A stretch of DNA of 36,386 nt from a bacterium (GTDB lineage: Bacteria > Pseudomonadota > Alphaproteobacteria > Rs-D84 > CACZYB01). This document shows, piece by piece, positions 1 to 6,072 of this stretch (its first letter is position 1; every line of letters begins with the position of its first letter). Below the pieces are notes generated by a model. That model made no database searches, was not told the origin of the DNA, and was given only the letters and a program-made list of their open reading frames with translations. The position numbers and the translations under genes were made by a program. The DNA lies in the NCBI GenBank assembly GCA_024692925.1, contig JAILLX010000106.1:1-36386 (forward strand), given 5' to 3'.

Positions 1-1
1 T

Positions 2-1207
2 AAAATGGATAAACTAAGATCAAATCTTATTGTATCTCATCGTGCAATTCTTGAAGGTGACAGAGCTGAAAAACGTGATGAAATCATCAAAAATATTAAG
101 ATTGGTGATACAATGGATGGTATTATTAAAAATATTACTGACTATGGTGTATTTATTGATCTTGGTGGTGTTGATGGTCTTCTTCATATCACAGATATTT
201 CATGGAAACGTGTTTCAAATCCAAACGAACTTTTCACTGTTGGTCAAAAAATTACAACAAAAGTTATCAACTTTGATAAGGAAACAGGTCGTGTATCATT
301 GGGTATGAAACAACTTGAAAATGATCCATGGGAAAACATTGAAAAATTCGAAGTTGGTAAAATTTACAAAGGTAAAGTTACTAACCTTACAGATTATGGT
401 GCATTTATTGACCTTGATGATGGAATCGAAGGTTTGGTTCATGTATCTGAAATTTCATGGACAAAGAAAAATGTTCATCCATCAAAGGTTATTTCTGTTA
501 ACCAGGATGTTGATGTAATGGTTCTTGAAATTGATCGTGAAAAACGTCGTATTTCACTTGGTTTGAAACAATGCACACCAAATCCATGGAAAGACTTTGC
601 TGATACACACAAAGTTGGTGATGTTATCAAAGGCGAAATCAAAAATATTACTGAATTCGGTATTTTTGTAAGTCTTGGCAATGATTTGGATGGTATGGTT
701 CACCTATCTGATATTGATTGGGATAAAAACCCAGAAGAAGCTGTTAAAGAATATTCAAAGGGTATGACAATCGATACAAAGATTTTGGAAATCGATGCTG
801 AAAAAGAAAGAATTTCTTTGGGTATCAAACAACTTAAAGAAGACCGTGTTGCATCTTCACTTGACCGTGTAAAGAAAGGTGAAATCGTAACTTGTGTTAT
901 CAAAGAAATTAAAGAAGACGGAATCGTTGTTGACGTTAACGGCCTTCCTGGTTTCATTAAGACAAATGATCTTTCAAAGACAAAGTCTGAACAAAAACCA
1001 GAAAGATTTGCTGTTGATGAAAAAGTTGATGCAAAGATTACTGCTATTGATAACAAGACAATGCAACTTACATTATCTATCCGTGCTTATGAAATAGAAG
1101 AAGAAAAGAAGATAATGAAAGAATACGGTTCAACAGATACCGGTGCTTTGCTTGGTGATATACTTGGTGCATCACTTAAAGAAGCAGAAAAGAAATCAAA
1201 GAAATAA
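2..1207 (+). CDS. rpsA: 30S ribosomal protein S1, C-terminal ~400 aa (5' end lies upstream of the window)
   Basis: The frame is open from nt 2, so the ATG at 5 is probably internal. Four tandem S1/OB repeats carry the recurring G-x-V-x-x-I-x-x-[YF]G-[AVI]F-[IV]-x-L and G-[LM]-[LV]H-[ILV]S-[DE]I motifs. Stop TAA at 1205-1207. Confidence 0.92.
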   Translation, partial: KMDKLRSNLIVSHRAILEGDRAEKRDEIIKNIKIGDTMDGIIKNITDYGVFIDLGGVDGLLHITDISWKRVSNPNELFTVGQKITTKVINFDKETGRVSLGMKQLENDPWENIEKFEVGKIYKGKVTNLTDYGAFIDLDDGIEGLVHVSEISWTKKNVHPSKVISVNQDVDVMVLEIDREKRRISLGLKQCTPNPWKDFADTHKVGDVIKGEIKNITEFGIFVSLGNDLDGMVHLSDIDWDKNPEEAVKEYSKGMTIDTKILEIDAEKERISLGIKQLKEDRVASSLDRVKKGEIVTCVIKEIKEDGIVVDVNGLPGFIKTNDLSKTKSEQKPERFAVDEKVDAKITAIDNKTMQLTLSIRAYEIEEEKKIMKEYGSTDTGALLGDILGASLKEAEKKSKK

Positions 1208-1223
1208 TATTTCTTTTCATCTT

Positions 1224-1258
1224 AAAAAAACACCCCCTCAATCGAGGGGGTATTTTCT
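1224..1258. terminator. Bidirectional rho-independent terminator between convergent rpsA and the Cys-rich gene
   Basis: A-run 1224-1230; stem ccccctc (1233-1239) / gaggggg (1244-1250); loop aatc; then a T-rich tract. It reads as hairpin plus U-tract on both strands. Confidence 0.7.
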
Positions 1259-1296
1259 TTCATTTTGTTATTGTTTATATGAAAGTTTTTATAAGT

Positions 1297-1923
1297 TTAA
1301 CCACAACTACCAGAATATGAATAATCACATGAAGTATGACTACTGTTCACCCTGTAATAAAGCGTCCTATGTCCGGATCTTGTAACCGTACGAGTTTTAG
1401 TACATGATGTTGAACAAGAATAAGATTCTGTTTTTGTACATTCATAAGTTTCAGAACAGCTATAACTTGTTTGACCATTACCTCCACCAGCATAAGGATC
1501 ACAAGGTTTTGATCTGGTGCAAGTGGAAGGAACTGATCTAGTACAAGTACTGGAACAAGTACCAGTATATGATTCTGTTGCAGTATACGAACAACTCTCG
1601 CTTCTATTTGAACAGGTTGTACAACTTGTTGCACCATCAGTTGAAGAAAAAGTACTGCCGGTACATGCCTTGCAACTTGATGCTCCAGTTTCGTTTTGAT
1701 ACTGACCTTTTGGACATGGGGTGCAGGATGATGAACCTACTGTGGATGAGTAAGTACCAGCCGGACACTTCGTACACGACGTCACCGCCCCACCTTTAGA
1801 GTAATAACCAACAGGACATGCTGTACAATGGAAATATTTTTCTTCCTTTGGATTTGCAGAATTTGCGGTTGGTATTCCTGCGAGTATGAACGCAGAAGTC
1901 GAAATTAAATGCTTTAGTTTCAT
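1297..1923 (-). CDS. Secreted Cys/Ser/Thr-rich protein (208 aa) with four 17-aa CxxCPxGxY repeats
   Basis: ATG at 1923 is preceded by a strong SD (ttaAGGAGGaaaaacATG). The longer track ORF from 2004 has no SD. N-terminal signal peptide MKLKHLISTSAFILAGIPTANSA. Repeats: CTACPVGYYSKGGAVTS / CTKCPAGTYSSTVGSSS / CTPCPKGQYQNETGASS / CKACTGSTFSSTDGATS. The C-terminal half is rich in C, S and T. Confidence 0.75.
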   Translation of the reverse strand: MKLKHLISTSAFILAGIPTANSANPKEEKYFHCTACPVGYYSKGGAVTSCTKCPAGTYSSTVGSSSCTPCPKGQYQNETGASSCKACTGSTFSSTDGATSCTTCSNRSESCSYTATESYTGTCSSTCTRSVPSTCTRSKPCDPYAGGGNGQTSYSCSETYECTKTESYSCSTSCTKTRTVTRSGHRTLYYRVNSSHTSCDYSYSGSCG

Positions 1924-1957
1924 GTTTTTCCTCCTTAAATTAAACATTCTTTTTCTT

Positions 1958-2088
1958 GAGGGGTCGCAACTCCTCGTCATCTGAAGGACTATCCCCTCCA
2001 TCATACGAAGAACTCTCCTCGTTCGAAGGGCTAATCCTCCGTAATCCGAAGAACCACCACTCCGTCATCCTGAACTTGATTCAGGATC
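1958..2088 (-). repeat. Head-to-tail array of six degenerate 18-25 nt hairpin units (REP-like) in the leader of the Cys-rich gene
   Basis: Units on the + strand: 1958-1980 gaggggtcgcaactcctcgtcat; 1981-2004 ctgaaggactatcccctccatcat; 2005-2022 acgaagaactctcctcgt; 2023-2045 tcgaagggctaatcctccgtaat; 2046-2068 ccgaagaaccaccactccgtcat; 2069-2088 cctgaacttgattcaggatc. Each has a 4-8 bp stem. In four units the only stem mismatch is A-C on + and G-U on -. Confidence 0.6.
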
Positions 2089-2257
2089 TTTTCGGGCTTT
2101 TAATTTCGTGACTTTCATGCTTACTCGAGGCTTTAAGGTGGGCGGAGAAAAGCATGAAAACCTCCACCCATTCAAGGGTTTGATTTTGATGCGGACCTGC
2201 GAATCTTTACAATCCGCCTGTATCCCACAGAAAACCTTGGTTCCTTGCCTATAACAT

Positions 2258-2416
2258 AAACAAAAAACCACCGATAAAATGATGTGATCAAAAAACTATT
2301 TTTTGATAAGTTGAGGTCGGAGAAATTCACCTGTAAAAACAAATGGTTAAATAATACTTGTTGCAAAAAAATTTGAAACAGGATATACTAATCAAAAAAA
2401 GGGTGGTTTTTTGTTT
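2258..2416. repeat. 159-bp segment bounded by a perfect 15-bp inverted repeat (possible MITE-like element or long hairpin)
   Basis: aaacaaaaaaccacc at 2258-2272 is the exact reverse complement of ggtggttttttgttt at 2402-2416. The arms are A/T-rich and of low complexity, so chance is not excluded. Confidence 0.4.
2361..2389 (+). promoter_or_regulatory. Orphan sigma70-like promoter inside the IR-bounded segment, pointing at the 3' end of tolB
   Basis: -35 ttgcaa (2361-2366), 17-nt spacer, -10 tatact (2384-2389). No plus-strand ORF follows. Confidence 0.3.
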
Positions 2417-2526
2417 ACGGTGTTGCCTGAAAATCCAGCCTCTCCGCCCCCTACATCCCAACAGATAGATTTTTCGAAGATAGGTCAAAATGAAAGCCTT
2501 GAAATGGGTGTCTTCCACTACCCTAT

Positions 2527-2615
2527 GTCATCCCGAATTTATTTTTGGATCTTAGACCCTGAAACAAGTTCAAGGTGACAGCGGATATTGGGGTGATATT
2601 TATAATCAGAATGAC
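2527..2615. repeat. Cluster of 3-4 degenerate copies of a 25-nt palindromic unit immediately 3' of tolB
   Basis: gtcatcccgaatttatttttggatc (2527-2551, +). gaccctgaaacaagttcaaggtgac (2555-2579) is the reverse complement of gtcaccttgaacttgtttcagggtc. A weaker copy lies at 2592-2615. This is the same family as gtcatcctgaacttgattcaggatc at 2064-2088. Confidence 0.55.
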
Positions 2616-2623
2616 AATGGATA

Positions 2624-3943
2624 TTATGGCAACAATGGTGACCACGCAGGATCTGACGCATTAGTTGGAAGTTTCAAAGTATTATGATTATATCCAGTTA
2701 TATCCACACTTTGAATAGTCAACCTATCCTGCCCATCTTTGGTTGATTTTTGTTCATAAAATATAATCCTTCTACCATTTGGCGACCATGTTGGAGATTC
2801 CACCATATAACCATCAGCAATCATACGTTCCCCAGTACCATCCTCGAACATCAAACCAATGTAAAACTTATTATTTTTTATTTTAACAAAGGCAAGATAA
2901 TCGCCCCTTGGCGACCAATTAACATCACCATATTGCCCCTCACCAAAACTAACACGCTCGACATTGCCACCATCCCTATCCATAGTATAAATCTGAGGTT
3001 TTCCACTTCTATCAGAAACAAAGGCTATACGCTTTCCATCCGGTGAATAAGTAGGTGCCGTTTCAATTGCAGGGTGCGAAGTCAATCTTTTAAGTTTTTT
3101 TGATTTCAAATTCATCTCATAAATATCAGAATTTCCATCTTCGGCAATACTCATCAAAACATACTTATCATCCGGAGAAAACCTTGGTGCAAATGACATT
3201 CCAGGAAAATTTCCAAGCAAATCTTGCTCGCCTGTTTCAATATCAAAAATATAAACACGAGGCACCTGCTTAAAATAAGTCACATAGGCAATTTTTTGCG
3301 AATTATTTGAAAATACTGGTGTTGTCACAGGAATTTTTCCATCAGTTAAATATTTAAGATTCGCCCCATCCTGATCAACAACACTTAATCTTTTTGTTCT
3401 ATCAAGTTTTGAACCAGTTTCAGAAACATAAACAATCCTTGTATCAAAATACCCTTTATCCCCAGTCATTCTTTTATACACATAATCAGAAATTATATGT
3501 GCAATTCTTCGCCAATTCGAAACCTCAGTTATAAGTGCCTGCCCTTCAATTCTTTGCTGTGCAGGAACATCCCAAAGATGGAATTCAACCCTAAGTTTGC
3601 CATCTTCTCTTTTCAAAATTTTTCCATAAATCAAAGCCTGTGCATTTATAACAGACCAGTTTTCGAAATTCGGAGCATCTGCCACATTTTGCTTTTTATC
3701 AACAAAAGCCTTATGATCAATAGGTCTGAAAAGCCCCGAACTTTTTAAATCATTAGTAATTACACCAGTAATTTTTTGCCCAATATCTTTATTTTCCTTA
3801 TTATCCCCATCAAAATCCATAATTGCAATAGAAATAGGTTCGATATTACCACTATCAATATCAACATAAATTTCAGCCAACGCCGAAATTGTTCCTAATA
3901 AAATAAAAGCAAGTAAAAACAATGATTTTTTTAAATTTTTCAT
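2624..3943 (-). CDS. tolB: Tol-Pal system beta-propeller protein TolB
   Basis: 439 aa. Signal peptide MKNLKKSLFLLAFILLGTISALA. N-terminal TolB domain, then repeated ..P.[FW]SPDG..[IL]A[FY]V.. propeller blades (SFAPRFSPDDKYV, APTYSPDGKRIAFVSDRSG, NWSPRGDYLAFV, PTWSPNGRRIIF). SD gtaaggag lies upstream of the ATG. Confidence 0.93.
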   Translation of the reverse strand: MKNLKKSLFLLAFILLGTISALAEIYVDIDSGNIEPISIAIMDFDGDNKENKDIGQKITGVITNDLKSSGLFRPIDHKAFVDKKQNVADAPNFENWSVINAQALIYGKILKREDGKLRVEFHLWDVPAQQRIEGQALITEVSNWRRIAHIISDYVYKRMTGDKGYFDTRIVYVSETGSKLDRTKRLSVVDQDGANLKYLTDGKIPVTTPVFSNNSQKIAYVTYFKQVPRVYIFDIETGEQDLLGNFPGMSFAPRFSPDDKYVLMSIAEDGNSDIYEMNLKSKKLKRLTSHPAIETAPTYSPDGKRIAFVSDRSGKPQIYTMDRDGGNVERVSFGEGQYGDVNWSPRGDYLAFVKIKNNKFYIGLMFEDGTGERMIADGYMVESPTWSPNGRRIIFYEQKSTKDGQDRLTIQSVDITGYNHNTLKLPTNASDPAWSPLLP

Positions 3944-4035
3944 ACTAAAATCTCCTTACATATATAATTTACTTGAAATTTTTTCTTTTGCAATAGATAC
4001 TTTTTCAAAAGGAGAAAATGCTAGCATAATATTTA

Positions 4036-4065
4036 TTGACAAATAATACTTTTATTGTCTATAAT
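4036..4065 (+). promoter_or_regulatory. Near-consensus sigma70 promoter of the ACP-like gene
   Basis: -35 ttgaca (4036-4041), 18-nt spacer, -10 tataat (4060-4065). The TTG used as ORF start in the six-frame track is this -35 box. Confidence 0.5.
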
Positions 4066-4074
4066 ATAGATATT

Positions 4075-4374
4075 ATGACTAATAAAACTGAAAAAATGTA
4101 TAACAAAAGAAAGCTTTTTAAGCAAGAGATTCAAAGGGTTTTGGCTCAAAACACCCCTAGTATTGCTATGAAAGATTTCGATTCGGTAAAAAAGGAAAAT
4201 TATTCAACTCTTGGTATGGATTATTGGGAATGGATGGATTTTCTTGCAAATTTGGAAACAACTTTTTCAAAAGATTTGACCGAAACCACCGATAAATTCA
4301 AAATTGAAACAATAGATGACGTTATCGAAGCCCTCTATTTTGCCCCAAATATTAAGAATTTATACAATAATTAA
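4075..4374 (+). CDS. Small acidic acyl-carrier-protein-like protein lacking the phosphopantetheine-attachment Ser
   Basis: STLGMDYWEWMDFLANLETTFSKDL...IETIDDVIEAL aligns by eye with the neighbouring AcpP segment [25 protein letters not shown]...TVEDAVKYI. The DSL serine position is Tyr (codon 4222-4224). The start is uncertain: ATG 4075 (near-leaderless given the promoter) or ATG 4096. Neither has an SD. Confidence 0.5.
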   Translation: MTNKTEKMYNKRKLFKQEIQRVLAQNTPSIAMKDFDSVKKENYSTLGMDYWEWMDFLANLETTFSKDLTETTDKFKIETIDDVIEALYFAPNIKNLYNN

Positions 4375-4404
4375 TTTCCAAAAACGGCTTTTTTGCATTA
4401 TTGC

Positions 4405-4433
4405 TTGACATTTCCCAGCAGAAATAGTAAATT
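4405..4433 (+). promoter_or_regulatory. Putative acpP promoter
   Basis: -35 ttgaca (4405-4410), 17-nt spacer, -10 taaatt (4428-4433). Confidence 0.4.
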
Positions 4434-4489
4434 ATCTCTATTCGGTTTAAAACTGAAAATAAGTTTAACTAACAAAAAGGTGAAAAAAA

Positions 4490-4729
4490 ATGGCTGAACA
4501 AAATGTTCTTGAAAAAGTAAAAAAAATCGTTGTTGAAAACCTCGGTGTAGAAGCTGATAAGGTTACTGAAAAATCAAGTTTTATTGATGATCTCGGTGCT
4601 GATTCTCTTGATACAGTTGAGTTAGTAATGGCTTTCGAAGAAGAATTCGGTTGCGAAATTCCTGATGAAGAAGCTGAAAAAATCTTGACTGTAGAAGATG
4701 CTGTAAAATACATCGAAGCACATATGTAA
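4490..4729 (+). CDS. acpP: Acyl carrier protein
   Basis: 79 aa. Canonical [22 protein letters not shown] motif. SD aaaggtg lies upstream. Confidence 0.96.
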   Translation: MAEQNVLEKVKKIVVENLGVEADKVTEKSSFIDDLGADSLDTVELVMAFEEEFGCEIPDEEAEKILTVEDAVKYIEAHM

Positions 4730-4745
4730 TTTATGTTTCAGTTTT

Positions 4746-4775
4746 AAAAAGCCTCCCAATCGGGAGGTTTTTTTA
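4746..4775. terminator. Bidirectional rho-independent terminator (acpP / ruvX)
   Basis: aaaaa, then cctccc (4752-4757), loop aatc, gggagg (4762-4767), then ttttttt. Confidence 0.75.
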
Positions 4776-4790
4776 TTTTAAAATTTTATA

Positions 4791-5255
4791 TTAAAAAGCA
4801 TCCAAAACTCTTTGTAAAATTTCTGCGGCTGCAACCTTATCCAATATTTTTTTTCGTTTCTGCCTACTTAAATCAAATTCACGAATAAGCATTTTTTCAC
4901 TCATCGCCGAAGTCATACGTTCATCAACAAAAGTTATATCAATATCCGGCATAAATTCAGAAAGTTTTTCAGCAAAAAACCTTACTTTTTTTGCGGTTTC
5001 GCCCTCCTCCCCATTCATTTGCAAAGGAAGTCCCAAAACAATAACTGCGACATCCATATCATCAACAATTTTTTTTATTTCCGGAAATAAATCCTTATAA
5101 CTTTTATTTTTAAGCATAGCATAAGGAGTGGCAATCTGTCGTCCAACATCCGAAACGGCAACACCAATATTTACATCGCCATAATCTATTCCTAAAAAAC
5201 GCTTTTCAGTTGAAAAATATTTTTGCTTAAGGGTATTGAAAATATTATTTTGCAA
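4791..5255 (-). CDS. ruvX: YqgF/RuvX family putative pre-16S rRNA nuclease (Holliday junction resolvase-like)
   Basis: 154 aa. LGIDYGDVNIGVAVSD near the N-terminus, LPLQMNGEEGE in the middle, and DERMTS plus AAAEILQ near the C-terminus are typical of YqgF. Confidence 0.88.
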   Translation of the reverse strand: MQNNIFNTLKQKYFSTEKRFLGIDYGDVNIGVAVSDVGRQIATPYAMLKNKSYKDLFPEIKKIVDDMDVAVIVLGLPLQMNGEEGETAKKVRFFAEKLSEFMPDIDITFVDERMTSAMSEKMLIREFDLSRQKRKKILDKVAAAEILQRVLDAF

Positions 5256-5331
5256 TGTTATACTCCTGTTATGAATTATTTTTAATATAGTTCAGAAAAT
5301 AAGGAAAGTCAATCAACAAAAGGAGCTTAAA

Positions 5332-5646
5332 ATGGTTGCTAAAAAAACAACAAAAAAACCAGTTGCTAAAAAAACTGTAAAGGCTACAAAGGCTGTAAAA
5401 CCTACTAAAAAAGTAGAAGTTGCACCTGTTGAAAATAAATGTGCATGTGGTGCTGACTGCAAATGTGGATGTTGCTGTAAATGTGCAAAGGTAAAACAAT
5501 TCATCGTTTTGCTTTTAATCGTTATTGCAACAGTAATCGCTACATTAGTTGTGACACACAAAGGTCCATGTGGAAAACACCCACACGGTCCATGTCCATG
5601 TGAAAAAAAGGCTCCATGCCCACACATGCAAAAAATGGCAAAATAA
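5332..5646 (+). CDS. Small bitopic protein: Lys-rich N-terminal tail, CxC cluster, one TM helix, Cys/His/Pro-rich C-terminus
   Basis: SD aaaggag precedes the ATG. MVAKKTTKKPVAKKTVKATKAVKPTKK, then CACGADCKCGCCCKC, then FIVLLLIVIATVIATLVV, then HKGPCGKHPHGPCPCEKKAPCPH. A terminator follows. Confidence 0.65.
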   Translation: MVAKKTTKKPVAKKTVKATKAVKPTKKVEVAPVENKCACGADCKCGCCCKCAKVKQFIVLLLIVIATVIATLVVTHKGPCGKHPHGPCPCEKKAPCPHMQKMAK

Positions 5647-5666
5647 TTTTTGCTTAGCTAATGTTT

Positions 5667-5699
5667 AAAAAGGGCATTGAAAAATGTCCTTTTTTATTT
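5667..5699 (+). terminator. Rho-independent terminator
   Basis: Stem aagggcatt (5670-5678) / aatgtcctt (5683-5691) with one G-U pair; loop gaaa; then a T-run. Confidence 0.6.
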
Positions 5700-5709
5700 T
5701 AATCAATGC

Positions 5710-5739
5710 TTGACTACTAAAATCAAATAATGCTAATAT
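5710..5739 (+). promoter_or_regulatory. Putative promoter of gatC-secF-ctp-like operon
   Basis: -35 ttgact (5710-5715), 18-nt spacer, -10 taatat (5734-5739). Confidence 0.4.
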
Positions 5740-5767
5740 TCATTCATAGAAAAAAAGAGGAAATATT

Positions 5768-6061
5768 ATGTATTTTACAAAAGAAAAAATTAAAAAAAAT
5801 GCAAAGTTAGTTCGCTTAGGTATGCCTGATGAACTTGCTGAAAAAATGATACCTGAACTTGAAAATGTTATTGAATGGATTGAAGGTTTGGACGATGTGA
5901 ATGTTGATGGCGTTGAACCACTTATTTCCGTAAATGAACATGATCTTCCAAAACGTGATGATGTTGTTAAAATGGAAAACACTCGTGACGAAGTTTTAAC
6001 AAACGCACCTGCACCTGACGAAGATGGCGAATTTTTCACTGTTCCAAAAATTATTGAGTAA
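5768..6061 (+). CDS. gatC: Asp/Glu-tRNA(Asn/Gln) amidotransferase subunit C
   Basis: 97 aa. The layout is typical of GatC: ...KLVRLGMPDELAEKMIPELENVIEWIEGLDDVNVDGVEPL...DDVV. SD agagga. Confidence 0.85.
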   Translation: MYFTKEKIKKNAKLVRLGMPDELAEKMIPELENVIEWIEGLDDVNVDGVEPLISVNEHDLPKRDDVVKMENTRDEVLTNAPAPDEDGEFFTVPKIIE

Positions 6062-6072
6062 AAGGATTAAAA

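Noticed and set aside
1924-2004. N-terminal extension of the Cys-rich ORF (track start 2004, MMEGIVLQMTRS...)
   Set aside because: The extension runs through the hairpin-unit array and has no SD. The internal ATG at 1923 has a perfect AGGAGG SD and immediately starts a signal peptide.
1958-2088. Possible CRISPR array
   Set aside because: The units are contiguous with no unique spacers, are only 18-25 nt long and degenerate, and no cas genes are present. This is a tandem hairpin/REP-like array, not a CRISPR.
2065-2518. Three 63-68 aa minus-strand ORFs in the tolB-downstream gap (2065-2271, 2172-2366, 2327-2518)
   Set aside because: They have no SD. They overlap each other in different frames and run through the palindromic and inverted repeats. 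I looked for Pal/OmpA-like motifs and found none.
1924-2623. tmRNA, RNase P RNA, SRP RNA or a known riboswitch in the long gap
   Set aside because: I scanned both strands by eye for hallmark strings: GGAAAGTCCGG (RNase P), a T-arm GGTTCGA followed by an acceptor ending ACCA (tmRNA), GGAAGCAGCC (SRP), and CTGAGA (TPP). None was found in a convincing context. A covariance-model scan is still needed to be sure.
4036-4074. TTG at 4036 as start of the ACP-like ORF (112 aa in the track)
   Set aside because: That TTG is the first base triplet of a TTGACA -35 box, followed 18 nt later by TATAAT. The coding region must therefore begin downstream, at ATG 4075 or 4096.
5313-5627. 104-aa minus-strand ORF mirroring the small Cys-rich gene, and the 140-aa ORF at 23254-23676 mirroring the H1-like gene
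   Set aside because: These are reverse-complement artefacts of low-complexity AAA/GCN repeats: Lys/Ala codons read as Phe/Leu/Gly/Ala on the other strand. The plus-strand genes have strong SDs and terminators, and the antisense ORFs have neither.
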